From contig NC_057752.1 in the NCBI RefSeq assembly GCF_004010195.1, forward strand, positions 541,908-605,907: a DNA stretch of 64,000 nucleotides. Reading direction: 5' to 3'. Source of the stretch: Chiloscyllium plagiosum. Its lineage: Eukaryota. Position 1 is the stretch's first letter. Each line of letters starts with the position of its first letter. The position numbers were made by a program, and so were the translations under genes. This document shows, in pieces, positions 1-12,834 of this stretch. The notes below the pieces were generated by a model. The model made no database searches. It worked only from the letters and a program-made list of their open reading frames with translations, and was not told where the DNA came from.

Positions 1-266
1 CCTGATCTCTCCACCCCCACCCCACTCCGGCCTATCACCCTCACCTTGACCTCCCTCCACCTATCGCAATTCCAACGCCCCTCCCCCAAATCCCTCCTCC
101 CTACCTTTTATCTTAGCCTGCTGGACACACTTTCCTCATTCCTGAAGAAGGGCTTATGCCTGAAACGTCGATTCTCCTGTTCCTTGGATGCTGCCTGACC
201 TGCTGTGCTTTTCCAGCAACACGTTTTCAGCTCTGATCTCCAGCATCTGCAGTCCTCACTTTCTCC
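1..266 (+). mobile_element. Penelope-like element terminal (pLTR) segment with hammerhead motif
   Basis: Ends ...CCTGAAGAAGGGCTTATGCCTGAAACGTCGATTCTCC...CAGCATCTGCAGTCCTCACTTTCTCC; the same segment recurs at 3443, 8336, 14860, 15843, 47245 and 50749. Confidence 0.75.
137..173 (+). ncRNA. Minimal type I hammerhead ribozyme motif (PLE-associated)
   Basis: CTGAAGA core, GGGC-TTAT-GCCT stem II, GAAA, palindromic ACGT stem III, GTC cleavage triplet; stem I is short and imperfect in this copy. Confidence 0.6.
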
Positions 267-268
267 TT

Positions 269-935
269 TTGTATTTGAGACAAGAGGAACCAGGGTCTGT
301 GCGTGAGACAAGAGGAACCAGGGTCTGTGCGTGAGACAAGAGGAACCAGGGTCTGTACTTGAGACAAGAGGAACCAGGGTCTGTATTTGAGACAAGAAGA
401 ACCATGGTCTATACTTGAGACAAGAAGAACCAGGGTCTGTACTTGAGACAAGAAGAACCAGGGTCTGTACTTGAGACAAGAGGAACCAGGATCTGTATTG
501 AGACAAGAAGAACCAGGGTCTGTACTTGAGACAAGAAGAACCAGGGTCTGTATTTGAGACAAGAAGAACCAGGGTCTGTACTTGAGACAAGAAGAACCAG
601 GGTCTGTATTTGAGACAAGAGGAACCAGGATCTGTATTGAGACAAGAAGAACCAGGGTCTGTATTTGAGACAAGAGGAACCAGAATCTGTATTTGAGACA
701 AGAGGAACCAGGGTCTGTATTTGAGACAAGAGGAACCAGGGTCTGTATTTGAGACAAGAGGAACCAGGGTCTGTATTGAGACAAGAGGAACCAGGGTCTG
801 TATTTGAGACAAGAAGAACCAGGGTCTGTACTTGAGACAAGAGGAACCAGGGTCTGTATTGAGACAAGAGGAACCAGGGTCTGTACTTGAGACAAGAAGA
901 ACCAGGGTCTGTCTTGAGACAAGAGGAACCATGGT
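269..935. repeat. Minisatellite, 28-29 bp unit (TGTA[T/C]TTGAGACAAGA[G/A]GAACCAGGGTC), about 23 copies
   Basis: Direct tandem array read from the sequence; explains the repetitive minus-strand ORFs at 108-944, 227-922 and 409-867. Confidence 0.95.
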
Positions 936-1519
936 CCAGATCATGTATTTGATTTGAGGAAGCTAGGGTCTTTGCAGTTAAGTAGCAATAATCCAGGGTC
1001 TTGCATGTCTATTGCCTGGAACCACCTAAACTATTTTTTGATTTAACTGAGGCTTAAACAACACCAAAACATATGCTGGAGGAGCTGGAACTGAATTTAT
1101 GTTTATGAGTATTAAAATGCCTGTGCTCTGTACACTGCCCCTTGTACACAAAGATCAAATTCAAATATAATTATTATTTGCTCATGGTTTTTCAATGATA
1201 AGGGCAATCATTAAAATCCTGTATGTAACGCACCACTTTAATTAACACAATGTTGTTAAATGGCAAAAGAACATTAGGAATTTGAAGGGAAAAAGGTCAC
1301 AAAGATTGCTGCATGTTCTCAGTGAGTGACCTCTCACTGAAAATAAACTGTGAAATTCTCCCTAATGAAGTTGTAGTAAATGTACTGCTCAGTGTGGTAC
1401 GATGACATTCAAAAACAGGAAGGTCTGAGGTTTCTATCCTTCAGTTGTCTTATGTTAACTGATTTTTTTTGACAGGATGGCAATTGGATAGCAACAATAT
1501 ACCTTTATAACATTACCTG

Positions 1520-2118
1520 TTCCACCACTACCTCAGCCCCTTGTCTGTACCCTCAGGCATAGCTTCATTACCTCCACACTTAACTGTTCCAGTGCACTCA
1601 CAGCTGACCTCCCATCTTTCACCCTCTGTAAACTTGAGGTCATCTGCAATTTCGCTGCCTGTCTCCCAACTCACTCCGAGTCCTGATCACCTCTCAACCT
1701 TATGTTAGTTGACCGACGTTTGCTCCTCATTAAAAAGTGCCTTAAATTTAGAAATCTCACGCTTGATTTCAAATTCCTTTCTGACCTCAACCCTTATTAG
1801 CTCTGTACCCTCCTCCAACCTCTGGGATCTCTGCACTTCTCCAACTCTGGCCTCCTGTGCATCCTGACTTTCACCACTTCACCATTGGTAAGCACACTTT
1901 CAGTTGCCTGGGCCCTAAGCTCTGGAATTCCCTCCTTAAACCTCTCACTTCTCTCTGTGTTCTCAAAGCATAAACTCTATTTCCTTGACCAAGCTTTTGA
2001 TCCCCTGGCCTAATATCTCTCTCTGTGACTCAGTGTCAACTTTCATTTCATAAAACTCCAGTAAAATGCCTTGGAATAGTTTACTGTGTTAAGGGGGCTA
2101 TATAAATGCAAGTCGTTG
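1520..2118 (+). mobile_element. Old L2-type LINE 3' fragment
   Basis: CCTAAGCTCTGGAATTCCCTCC motif and GCTATATAAATGCAAG tail typical of L2 3' ends; boundaries approximate. Confidence 0.6.
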
Positions 2119-2974
2119 GCAGTGGCAATCAAATTTAGGAGACAAACACAAATCTATGGCTGAACACTGCGTACATATGGGTATCAGATAAGAACAGAAT
2201 TATATTCAACTGCAGTGGCCCCAGTGGCATAATAGCCTGTCAAAGATCACTGTGAGGATTCATGCACAAAGGCTTGCTCCTTAAATGAGGGACAGAATGG
2301 CAGACACAGCTGTGAAACTGGACCCCATTAAATTGAGGAGGACGGAGGGGGAGAGTGCTACTGAAGAACGTAATGCTCTGTGGATTCTTAATGCAATGTT
2401 TCAACTTCACAGTGTGACATCCTGTCATTATCCTTAATTACTGAAAAAACTGCCTCCCTCTGTAATTTACACACAGAAAGAAGGAGCTATCTATAGCGCA
2501 ACCTTTACAAACAAGGAGCTTTTCTCCTTCGTCCACTGTTAACAGGTTACTGCACAAAACGCCAGCTTTGCCTACAAATGCAGTGCCACCTGTTAGAAGT
2601 GAACAATTCAGGACTTACAACTGGGGGAACAGCTCTGTCCCAACATAGAAAACAATAGATTCTTTCTTCACACTGGATTTCTCTTCTCAATAATGGAGTG
2701 GAAACAGGGGAAGCTGTGACTTGTAGGTCAATTTGACCATGCGGATTAATAATTGAAAGGCAGTACTAGGTATTAGACTGGAGATGATGAGATTGCAGTT
2801 TGCTTGTAAAGGAACTGCAAGTTTAGTAATTCCCCAGTATCTGCTTGGATGAGTAGCAACAAATACTTTGCATTGAAAATGAATCATCAATGCATTGGTT
2901 TCTTCAGTTGCGTTTGCATGTTTTATAACCCTTTCCTGACAGTTTCCTGGCCAAAGCCCAGTTGTGATCATTAG

Positions 2975-4200
2975 AGTTATAGAGTCATAGAGATGTACAG
3001 CACGGAAACAGACCCTTCGGTCCAACTCGTCCATGCCAACCACATATCCTAACCTAATCTAGTCTCATTTGCCAGTACTTGGCCCATATCCCTCTAAATC
3101 CTTCCTATTCATATACCCATCCAGATGCCTTTTAAGTGCTGTAATTGTACCAGCCTCCACCACTTCCTCTGACAGCTCATTGCATACACGCACCACCCTC
3201 TATGTGAAAATGTTACCTCTCACATCCCTTTTATACCTTTCCCTAATCCTATGCCATCTCGTTCTGGACTCTCCCACCCCAGGGAAAAGGCCTTGTCTAT
3301 TTATCCTATCCATGCCCCTCATGATTTCATAAACCTCTATAAGGTCACCCCTCAGCCTCCGATGCTCGAGGGAAAACAGCCCCAGCCTATTCAGCCACTT
3401 CATATAGCTTAAATTCTCCAACCCTGGCAACATCCTTGTAAAGCTGAAAATGTGTTGCTGGAAAAGCGCAGCAGGTCAGGCAGCATCCAAGGAGCAGGAG
3501 AATCGACGTTTCGGGCATGAGCCCTTCTTCAGGAACATCCTTGTAAATCTTTTCTGAACCCTTTCAACTTTCACAACATCTTTCCGATAGGAAGGAGACC
3601 AGAATTGCATACAATATTCCAAAAATTGCCTAACCAATGTTCTGCACAGCTGCAACATGACCTCCCAACCCCTGTACTCAATACTCTGACCAATAAAGCA
3701 AAGCATACCAAATGCCTCCTTCACTATCCTATCATCCTGCGACTCTACTTTCAAGGAACTATGAACCTGCACTCCAAGGTCTGTTTGCTCAGCAACACTC
3801 CCCAGGACTGTACCATTAAGTGTATAAGTCCTGCTCTGGTTTGCTTTTCCAAAATGCAGCACCTTGCATTTGTCTAAATTAAACGCCATCTGCTTCTCCT
3901 CAGCCCATTGGCCCATCTGATCAAGATCCCATTGTACTCTGAAGTAACCTTCATCGCTGTCCACTACACCTCCAATTTTGATGTCATCTGCAAACTTACT
4001 AACTATACTTCCTACATTCACATCCAAATGACGAAAAGCAGTGGACCCAGCACTGATCCTTGTGGCACTCCACTGGTCACAGGCCTCCAGTCTGAAAAGC
4101 AACCCTCCACCACCACCCTCTGACTTCTGTCTTAAAGCCAGTTCTGTATCCAAATGTCTAGTTCTCCGTGAATTTCATGAGATCTAACCTTGCTAACCAT
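2975..4200 (-). mobile_element. CR1 LINE, 3' part of ORF2 (RT) and tail, decayed
   Basis: ORF fragments SKFADDIKIGGVVDS, DLGVQVHSSLKV, LEYCMQFWSP, LGLFSLEHRRLRGDLIEVY; (GACTCTAT)-type tail near 2975-2990. Confidence 0.92.
3443..3533 (-). mobile_element. 91-bp Penelope-derived insertion with hammerhead motif, inside CR1
   Basis: Flanked by perfect 14-bp duplication AACATCCTTGTAAA (3429-3442, 3534-3547); minus strand reads CCTGAAGAAGGGCTCATGCCCGAAACGTCGATTC. Confidence 0.85.
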
Positions 4201-4635
4201 CTAAACCTTTAACACTATGGCAGTCCCAGTCTATGTTTGGAAACTTAAAATCCCCTACCATAACTACCCTATTATTCCTACAGATAACTGAAATCTCCTA
4301 ACAAAATTGTTTCTAAATTTACTGCTGACTATTAAGTTGTATTGAGGATTTTGCTGTGTCCAAATTTCCTCAAAATAGCAGCCCTCAGTCAAAATATGTG
4401 AATTGTAGTAGCCATCAATGGCCAACCTCACACCCTCACTACACAACAGTACAATATTTCAAACATAGAATGCCTTGTCATGAATCCACATCCGTCACAG
4501 ACCTGTCCCCTGTCCCAAGATTCATTGCTTAGCCACTGCCAAGTTTTCCATTGTTCAGCTGGGCTGACAAAAAGAGTGACATTTATGTAGTGCCTTTCTT
4601 GATCTCAGAATGTCCCAAAGAGCTTTACAGCCAAT

Positions 4636-4787
4636 CAAGTGGGTATATGAATAGGAGGGATTTGGATGGATATGGGCTGGGTGCTGGCAGGTGGGACTAC
4701 ATTGGGTTGGGATATCTGGTCGCCATGGACGAGTTGGACTGAAGGGTCTATTTCCATGCTGTACATCTCTATGACTCTGTGACTCTC
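4636..4787 (+). mobile_element. CR1 3' tail fragment inserted in a DeuSINE
   Basis: GGACGAGTTGGACTGAAGGGTC...CTCTATGACTCT tail, same family as 2975-3120. Confidence 0.75.
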
Positions 4788-4854
4788 AGTACTTTTTGAA
4801 GTGCTGTTGCTATAGTTGTGTGGGAAACACAGCAGAGAATTTGTGCACAGCAAT

Positions 4855-5150
4855 CTGGACTATCTGTAAGATGCACTGCAGAAATTCACAAAAAGATCCT
4901 TAGACAGCATCTTCCAAACCTACAACCACTTCCATCTGGAAGGACAATGGCAGCTGTTCACCATCCTGACTTAGAAATATGTTGCTGTTTCTTCAGTATC
5001 ACCAGGCCAAAAATCTGGAATTCCCTCCCTAAGAGCATTTGCGTGTCTATCTCCAGCACATGGGCTGTAACAATTTAAGGAAGCAGCTCACCACCATCTT
5101 CTCAAGGGCCACTAGGGACAGGCAATAAATGCTGATCCAGCCAGCGACAC
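4855..5150 (+). mobile_element. LINE 3' fragment (CR1/L2-group family with GCAATAAATGCTGGCCAGCCAGCGA tail)
   Basis: Homologous to 18830-19250 (-) and 20255-20795 (+); tail interrupted by the solo LTR at 5151. Confidence 0.65.
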
Positions 5151-5860
5151 TGTGGGAGAAAATACGGATCCCGGCCTCCCCATGACATGGCCACAAAACA
5201 GACAACACAAAATGTCTGCACTTAGCCACTAAGCCTATCACAGTGCCTCAAATTGGCCAAACCAGCTGCCCCAGACATCACACATACCTCAGATATGACT
5301 CATCCAGCCCCAGACCAAGAGAATATACTTCTTCAGATTAACTGATAATGAACCTCCACTCCACAATGGCCCAGCACCTCTGATGTCCTTAGGGCACAGC
5401 AGCTCCCACTGGGAGTCAAGCCTTCACAAAGGGTACTCAGACAAGGAGGCACCAAAGGTACTTCGCTTGCCCCCTCAACAATACGAACACATTGATACCA
5501 GGATGAAACCCACTAACACCTACTCCAGCCAAGGATCGGAATCTCCTGAGTCAATTAAGAAACTCATTGTCAGACACCAGACACTTGAATCTTTTCAATG
5601 AATGAACTTTATTTCTCTTTGTTGTACAACTCATGCCATTGTCTCATAACTCATCCTTCATTGTTGTAAGGGTATAAAACACCACTGTATTCTCTGTTCG
5701 GGGAAGAAGCTGTGGTTCCTTCTGAACAGCCTGTCAGTGACTGTTTCAGTGGGGTCAAGTCTCTTCCTCAATATCGCTGTTTGTTAAATAAATCCTTGTC
5801 AGTTCTCAGTCCGATCTGTGTGTTTGAGATCTCTGATTAATTGGGCTAAATTCTCCGACA
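5151..5860 (+). mobile_element. Solo LTR (710 bp)
   Basis: TG...CA ends with inverted termini TGTGGGAGAA / TTCTCCGACA, 5-bp TSD GACAC/GACAT, TATA-like GGGTATAAAA near 5670 and AATAAA near 5787; interrupts a LINE tail. Confidence 0.85.
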
Positions 5861-5884
5861 GACATCCACAACCATCAGTGAATT

Positions 5885-6085
5885 TAAAAAAAGGATAATC
5901 TGTTTTTGGTGATGTTGAGTTGAGGAATAAATGTTGGCTTAGGACACCAGGGAGAACTGCCCTGTTATTGTTTGCAATTGTGTCATGCAATCTTTTGAGA
6001 AGAGCAGATAGGACCTCATTTTAATGCTTTATTTGAAAATCAGCATTTCTGATACTGCAGCAGTCCCTCAGTCCCACACTGGAAG
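5885..6085 (-). mobile_element. DeuSINE-like (SacSINE1/AmnSINE1-related) fragment
   Basis: GTTGAGGAATAAATGTTGGCTTAGGACACCAGGGAGAACT is the reverse complement of the Deu core seen in other copies in this window. Confidence 0.6.
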
Positions 6086-8079
6086 TGTCGAAGACTGCAG
6101 TTCATGGCCATACACAAGCCTTAATGCATGTGGGTCTGCACAGACAGCATACTGCAGCATCTGCAACCAGGGAGAACAATGCATACGTGTCTCATTGGGT
6201 GCCTGGGTGCTTGACATCAGGGTGCTTCTGAGAATGGACAAACTTCCCCTCCTGCATTACTCCCTTATCGGCCAGGTTTTACAGTAGCACTCCCTTCAAA
6301 ATCCTGCTGCCCATCTTCACAAGTGCACTGCTCCCTTGCCCAGAGCCTGCAGCACCTAGTCCCGAATACTAAACAACATTCCTCTTAGTTTTTGTGGGTG
6401 GACCCAATGGACTGAATGTCCCATGCCCTTGACTGATATGATTGGACAAACCAAGTTAAGATATACCCAGATTCCTAAATGGTGTCCATGCATCTCCTCA
6501 TGAGCCCTATCCTCTGGTTTTGCTGCTACAGAACCAATGAAGTTACTGTGATCCACTTCCTTGACTGCAAAAGTATAGACCACATGAAAACACCTCTGAC
6601 ACCCCTAATCAGGTGTCTGAGCATGTTGAATGCCATTGATGGGTATGGGAAGCTCCCCTTGATTGGGACCCTCTGATTTATGCATGCTTCTGTGGACTTC
6701 ATTGACGACGATTCCCCATTGAATTGGATACATGGCTGCCTATTTGCTGCATATTATGTAGTGTGTTTGCCATGTAAGCTTCTGGCCCCCAGAGCAAGTG
6801 TGAGACTGATGTAGCACATTGCCATACAACAATAATTACGTACTCAAGGCTGAGGACTGCTTCGCATCGACACAAGTGGCCTAGCTACCTATCTGCGCTA
6901 ATTGGCGTGGCAAGGCCAGGTAAAGGAGGGATCCTGTGAACAAGCAGATAGGTGCTAAATGAGTAAGCACTAAGAGAGCAAGTGACTACACTTGAGTTGC
7001 AACCTAATCCAGTCATGAGTTGGGTGCCTGTCCCTGTGCACAAAATGTCTCGATGCAGCTTTTCAATGAAAATCTCAACATTGAGATGAGCCTCGCTTCA
7101 CTTGTCTCCTGATTCTGCCATACATCTAAATATAACCCAGGTCGTTCATACCGCTGTAAGATTCCACCCACAATCTTCCAACTCAGAGCTGTGCTGTCCA
7201 TTGAACCATGCCTGACACAACAGCAGGGATTTCCACCTCCTGATGTTTGAAGAAATCCTTTAATTATAAAAGTGATGTCTGCTACCTGATGCTGAAGGTA
7301 ATAAGTATCTCTGATGATTCCTTTAAATCCACAGCCAGTATCACAACAGGATAGAGCCTCCTTGCAGCATCTGAACATGTACTTCTCTGATAGGCCCAAG
7401 ATATTGGGCCAACTGACTCCCAGGGTCTCCCTGGTAAGCCCAAAAGGTGACAGATCTGTGTGACAAACAACCATACCAAGAAGTGTGGTGTTACTTACAG
7501 TTGGTCCTAATGTTTCATCCAGCTCTCAATAGTGACTCCAAGTGCCTCAACTGGCCAGCTCAACCTCGTGAACGTAACCTAGGGGTAACTGTCAAACATT
7601 TGCCAATTCCAGGTCTCTGAAATCCAATCACCGACAACGTTGTTACTCAACCAGAAGAGGGGAATTCAGTAATAATATTTGTAGACTTGCTGATAGTCTT
7701 TTTTCTGTTTGCCCCCTCTATTATATTCTTGCAGCCCTCCCCTTCTTCCACTGATAGTACAGTATTTACAATTGCAATTACGGTTCAAGTTAAATGGACT
7801 TACAACACTAACAACAACTTGCATTTATATACTACCTGTGCTGTGGTAACATGTGTGACATAGTCTGAAGCTACAGAGAATGATGGTAAAGGTTCCAATT
7901 TTCTTTCCATCATATGGCTGACCAAGAATCTCTCCCGTTCTTACTGCCTGCCATTGGCATGTGCTGGTAGGATTCCCATATTGATAAATCAAACTGGTCA
8001 TATTATGAATACACCTTTCTTGTCCATTAAGTCCTGAAGTAGGAGGCAGGAATGCTACCCACTGTACCACAGTACCTTG

Positions 8080-8540
8080 TTAAAACAAAAACAGAAATTG
8101 CTGGCAAAACTCAGCAGGTCAGACAGCATCTGAGTTAATGTTTCGAGTCTGGTGACTCTTCACCAGAACTATTAGCAGCTCAGAAAAAGTGATATTTATG
8201 CTGAAGGTGAAGTTAGGGGATGGGGTAAGTGAGCAGATAGATGGAGATGGAGCTAAAGAGAGAGAGAGATAGGAGGGGGAGGTGGGAGGAGAGATAAATA
8301 AGACAATTAAGGATAGCAGGCTAGGACAAAAGAAAGTGAGGACTGAAGATGCTGGAGATCAGAGCTGAAAAATGTGTTGTTGGAAAAGCGCAGCAGGTCA
8401 GGCAGCATCCAAGGAGCAGGAGAATCGACGTTTCAGGCATAAGCCCTTCTTCAGGCTAAGACAGAAGAAAACCTGAATAAATGAAAATACGATTAAACAG
8501 TAAGAGAGAATGGATGAGCTGTACTGAAAGCAACCCTTCT
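8080..8540 (-). mobile_element. Penelope-like terminal fragment with a nested second PLE insertion (about 8336-8451)
   Basis: Inner copy flanked by imperfect duplication CAGGCTAGGACAAAAGAAA / CAGGCTAAGACAGAAGAAA; both carry CTGA..GAAAC hammerhead-like cores on the minus strand. Confidence 0.7.
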
Positions 8541-9854
8541 AATGCAGAATGCTGAAGTAGTCCAAATTGAGGGAGCAAGGCAATGGAGGGATTTAAGTAT
8601 GAAGATGAGAATCCTACATCCAGTCTAACTGATTTGCAGCCTACTAGTATAAGTGATTACCATTATGTTAAATGAACTGCAATCTGTGAAACAGCTCTAA
8701 TAGCAACCAAATGTGTTTTAATACATGGACTGTCATTTACCACATGACTGTAAGTCAAGGTGAAAATCACTGGCAGATTTGAAATTCTTGGTGTCTTTAA
8801 TATTTTTTTCTGGGTTGTCATTAATCAATATTAGATTTACTTTAATTTTTCTTCTTGCATCGTTGATAACAAAAATAATATAACTTAACGATAAATTGCA
8901 TGCAGCAAACTTCACCAAGGAGCATTGCTGTGACCATCATTAACCTTTTCACCCCAGAGTTGGCATCAATTACTGCCATCCGTAAACCATCTCTGAGGCA
9001 GAAAAAAGCAAATTCGTTGCATGGATATTTCTGAAGTTCTTAATGATATAAAATATTTGAATAGGGCAAGGCAACCTCCTCCAAATCGTGATTAATTCTA
9101 AATTAATTGATATTTTCCCCTTCACTCCCTAGTCCCATGGGCAAATCAAAGGTGGAGTGAGGTGAAGACTTCAGAAAAACCTCAAATCTGTTGATTAAAA
9201 AATAGCAACATGCATATCAGTTCAACTATATTCCACAAGGTGAGAAGGCTGGAGGCTGTTTTGCTCGTTTCCCAAGGCTATCAATGATTGCAGACTGATC
9301 CCAGGACTGTTATCATTTAAAGGGATAAGTATAATAACAAAATGTTTGCAAACTTGGTCAGGGTGACTTTCAATTTCTCAAGTTTGTGGGGTGGGGGACT
9401 GTGTGAGCATCATTAGGGGTTTTTCAGAAGGCATCAGTATTTAGAGAGGCTCCCCTGCAGTGTGTCAGTAATTATAGAGATTCCCTGGCAGTGTGCCAAT
9501 ATTTATAAGGGTTCTTGGGAGTATATTTCTGTTCAATGGGAAACCCAGAGAGTGTATCAGGAAATAAAGAGATTCTTTGGGAGTGCGTCAATATTGAAAG
9601 GGGATCCCAGATCACAGCACTTGTCCTTTTGTCATCTGCAGCCCACCAGGAGAATGTTATCATGCCCTGAACCTGAAAGTGGTCTGGGCCTCTCCGTAGG
9701 TGGGCATCACAGGCACATGATTGACATTGGCCTATTCAGTATCCAGCCTGAATGTCTATCCCATAATTACCAATTCAATCTGTTATTCCTCCATTCACTG
9801 ACTGGGATTTAGTAGCCAGGTTGTACAGGATAAAGAAAATGTTTGTTCATCACT

Positions 9855-10580
9855 GGCCCCATGGTAGGGCCTTAAGGGGTGTAGTGAAACAGAGGGATCT
9901 TGGAATTCAGGTTCACAGTTCTCTGAAAGTGGAGTCCCAGGTGGACAGGGCAGTGAAGAAGGCTTTTGGCACACTGGCCTTCATCAGTCAGAGTACTGAG
10001 TAACGAAGCTGGAAAGTTATGTTGCAGTTATACAGGAAGTTGGTGAGGCCACACTTGGAGCATTGTGTTCAGTTTTGGTCACCTTGTTGTAGGAAGGATG
10101 TTATTAAACTGGAAAGAGTGCAGAAGAAATTTACAAGGATGTTGTCTGGACTCAATGGTCTGGGTTATAGGGAGAAGTTGGACAAGCGAGGACTTTTTTC
10201 TTGAGAGCGTAGGAGACTGAGGGGGTACCTTATAGAGGTGTATAAGATCATGAGAGACATGGATAGGGTGAATGCACTCAGTCTTTTTTCCAGGGTTGGG
10301 GAATGGAGGACTAGAGGGCATCGGTTTAAGGTTAGAGGGGAAAGAATAAAAGAGAACCTGAGGGGCAACTTTTTTACACAGAGGGTGGCACGCATATGGA
10401 ATGAGCTGCCAGCGGAAGTGGTTGAGGTGGGTACATTAACAACATTTAAAAGGCATTTAGACAAATACATGGATAGGAAAGGTTTGGAAGGAGATGGGCC
10501 AAGTGCAAGGAAATGGGGTTAGCGTGGATGGACAATTTGGTCAGCATGGACCAGTTTAGGCTAAAGGACACTATGACTCT
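9855..10580 (+). mobile_element. CR1 LINE 3' fragment
   Basis: DLGIQVHSSLKV, LEHCVQFWSP, RGHRFKVRG, NFFTQRVARIWNELP; near-identical subfamily copy at 16003-16750 (-). Confidence 0.92.
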
Positions 10581-12084
10581 CATATTCCTCCTTGTTCCTC
10601 GGGACATCCATGCAAAAGCGGTTTGGTCTGACAACATTGAGCTATGCCACAGAGTGAGTTTTAAATATTTAACTGTAGTGAATGGACAAAATGTATTCAC
10701 ACAATTTTCAGGAGTATAATACCATGGTTAACCATCCTGCCAGATTAATGCTTCTAATACATCTCCTGTACTGTCTCAGTTTGAAACTTTAATCCAAAGT
10801 GATTTCTTCTGAAGTCCAAGTTTTATTTTGAGACAGGTCCACCTTGTGGTGCATTACTTTCCTGTGTTGCTGTCAGGATTTAAGCAGCAACTGACTGTGG
10901 TTGTTTGCTCTCTGACCTACACTGGTACTCAATCCAGTAATGTGTCACCTTTAGAATCTCCTTCTCCTTTTTAAATCCCTCCATGCCTGAAGTGCCCCTC
11001 CCCAAAATCTTCATAACCTCCTTCAGTCCTACAACCCACGGAGATCTGTACATTCAGATAACTCTAGCATCCACACATCTGCCAATTGCCTCTTACATTC
11101 ATGTTTAAAATCTGTAAAGACGCATTGGCCCAGAGAGAAGCAATGAAGTGAGTGTGATTGTGTAACATAGCATGGAAAATTGGAGGGCTGTAGGTACAAA
11201 TCTAATACCAGAGATTTGAGCATAAAATCTTGGCTGATACTCCCAGATCATTATTGATAGAGTGCTGCACTGTCTAAGAGGCTTTTTTGGATAAGGTATT
11301 AAATTGAAGCCCTACCGGCCTTCTCAGGGAGACGTAAAAGGCCCAATGGCATTGTTTCAGAGAATAATAGAATCACAAAAGTGTTATGGCGCAGAGGGAA
11401 GCCATTCAGCTCATCATGCCCGCACTGGTAGATATATGATATAGATATATAAATTAGTTTGAAGGGCAGTCACTATTATTATGTAAGAAACATAGCAGCC
11501 AATTTAGACACTGTTGAGTCCTATAGAGAGCAAACCTGTGAAGGATTATTTCTTCTTGGCTGGTTGAAGGATGAAAGTTGGCTCCAGGACATCAGCCTGC
11601 TCGTTTTCAAACAGTGCCCACGAGCCCTGTTACATCGACTTAAATAGGCAGTCCAGACTTTAGTTGAATATCTCATCCACAGGATATCTCAGCACTGCAC
11701 TGAGTTTGTCAGCTTAGATTATGCCTTCAGAGCGGACGCTGAAGTCAACCTTCTGATTTACCACATTTTTAACTAAATTGCCAACTATTTATCAGCCTCA
11801 CTGTTTGAAATTTGAGAGTCTTTCAGGACCTTTCAAAGAGGATAGGCAGGATAGACAGCTTCCATAGATAGAGGAGAAAAGGAAAGGAAGAGCTGCAGAA
11901 TATTATTTATGTCATATTTAAAACAGCAGCTGGGAACTATTTGTTGTTTTCTATCACTTGAGGAGCTGGGTAAATTGAATAATTATTGCAAAAATACTGA
12001 GTTTGTCAGAGCTCCAATTCACTAACTCTCTTGCTTGGTAATAAAATGTATTTGGTAAGCAAATGTTTGAGACCAACTCCATCT

Positions 12085-12725
12085 AGTTCGTCAGAGATCG
12101 TTCCCTCCGGGACAACCTAGTCCACTCCTCCATCACACCTAACACCTCTCCCATCACACACGGCACCTTCCAATCACACCTAACACCTCTCCCATCACAC
12201 ACGGCACCTTCCCATCACACACGGCATCTTCCCATCACACCTACCACCTCTTCCATCACACATGGCACCTTCCCATGCAATCGCAGAAGGTGCAACACCT
12301 GCCCCTTTACCTCTTCTATGCTCACCATCCAAGGCCCCAAACACTCATTTCAGATTAAGCAGCATTTCACTTGTACCTCTTTCAATTTGGTCTATTGCAT
12401 TCGTTGCTCCCAATGTGGTCTCCTCTATATCGGAGAGACAAAACGCCGACTGGGTGATTGCTTTGCTGAGCACCTTCGGTCTGTACGCAATCAGGTCCCG
12501 GACCTTCCCATGGCTTGCCACTTCAACACACAATCCTGCTCCCATGCCCACATGTCTGTCCTTGGCTGCTGCAATGTTCCAGTGAAGCTCAACGCAAACT
12601 GGAGGAACAGCATCTCATCTTCCAACTCGGCCCGTTACAGCCTGCCGGTCTCAACATTGGATTCAACAACTTCAGATGATTATCCCATCTCGGGCCTTCT
12701 GTTTTCATTCTGCTCCGTAATTTTA
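12085..12725 (+). mobile_element. Penelope-like (Neptune-type) element, GIY-YIG endonuclease end
   Basis: TFPCNRRRCNTCPF Cys motif followed by NLVYCIRCSQCGLLYIGETKRRLGDCFAEHL. Confidence 0.88.
12130..12275. repeat. Local tandem amplification (CCATCACAC-based 20-21 bp subunits) inside the PLE
   Basis: CCATCACACCTAACACCTCTC and CCATCACACACGGCACCTTC alternate several times. Confidence 0.8.
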
Positions 12726-12834
12726 TTTATTTATTTTTATATATATTTCTTTCACTGTTCCGTACCTCTTATTTCTTGATTGTCTCTCTTTCTCTCGCTC
12801 CCCACTCTCCCCCACATATTTTGTCACATACCAC

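Noticed and set aside
108..944. Long minus-strand ORFs (278, 231 and 152 aa) and a CRISPR-like regular repeat
   Set aside because: The ORFs are translations of a stop-free minisatellite; the units are contiguous with no unique spacers and there are no cas genes.
6100..7620. Possible old coding element (HLGIWVY, LAVDLKE, NAIDGY and RNLGVT-like motifs)
   Set aside because: The motifs are on different strands and frames and I cannot assign a family; needs a translated search.
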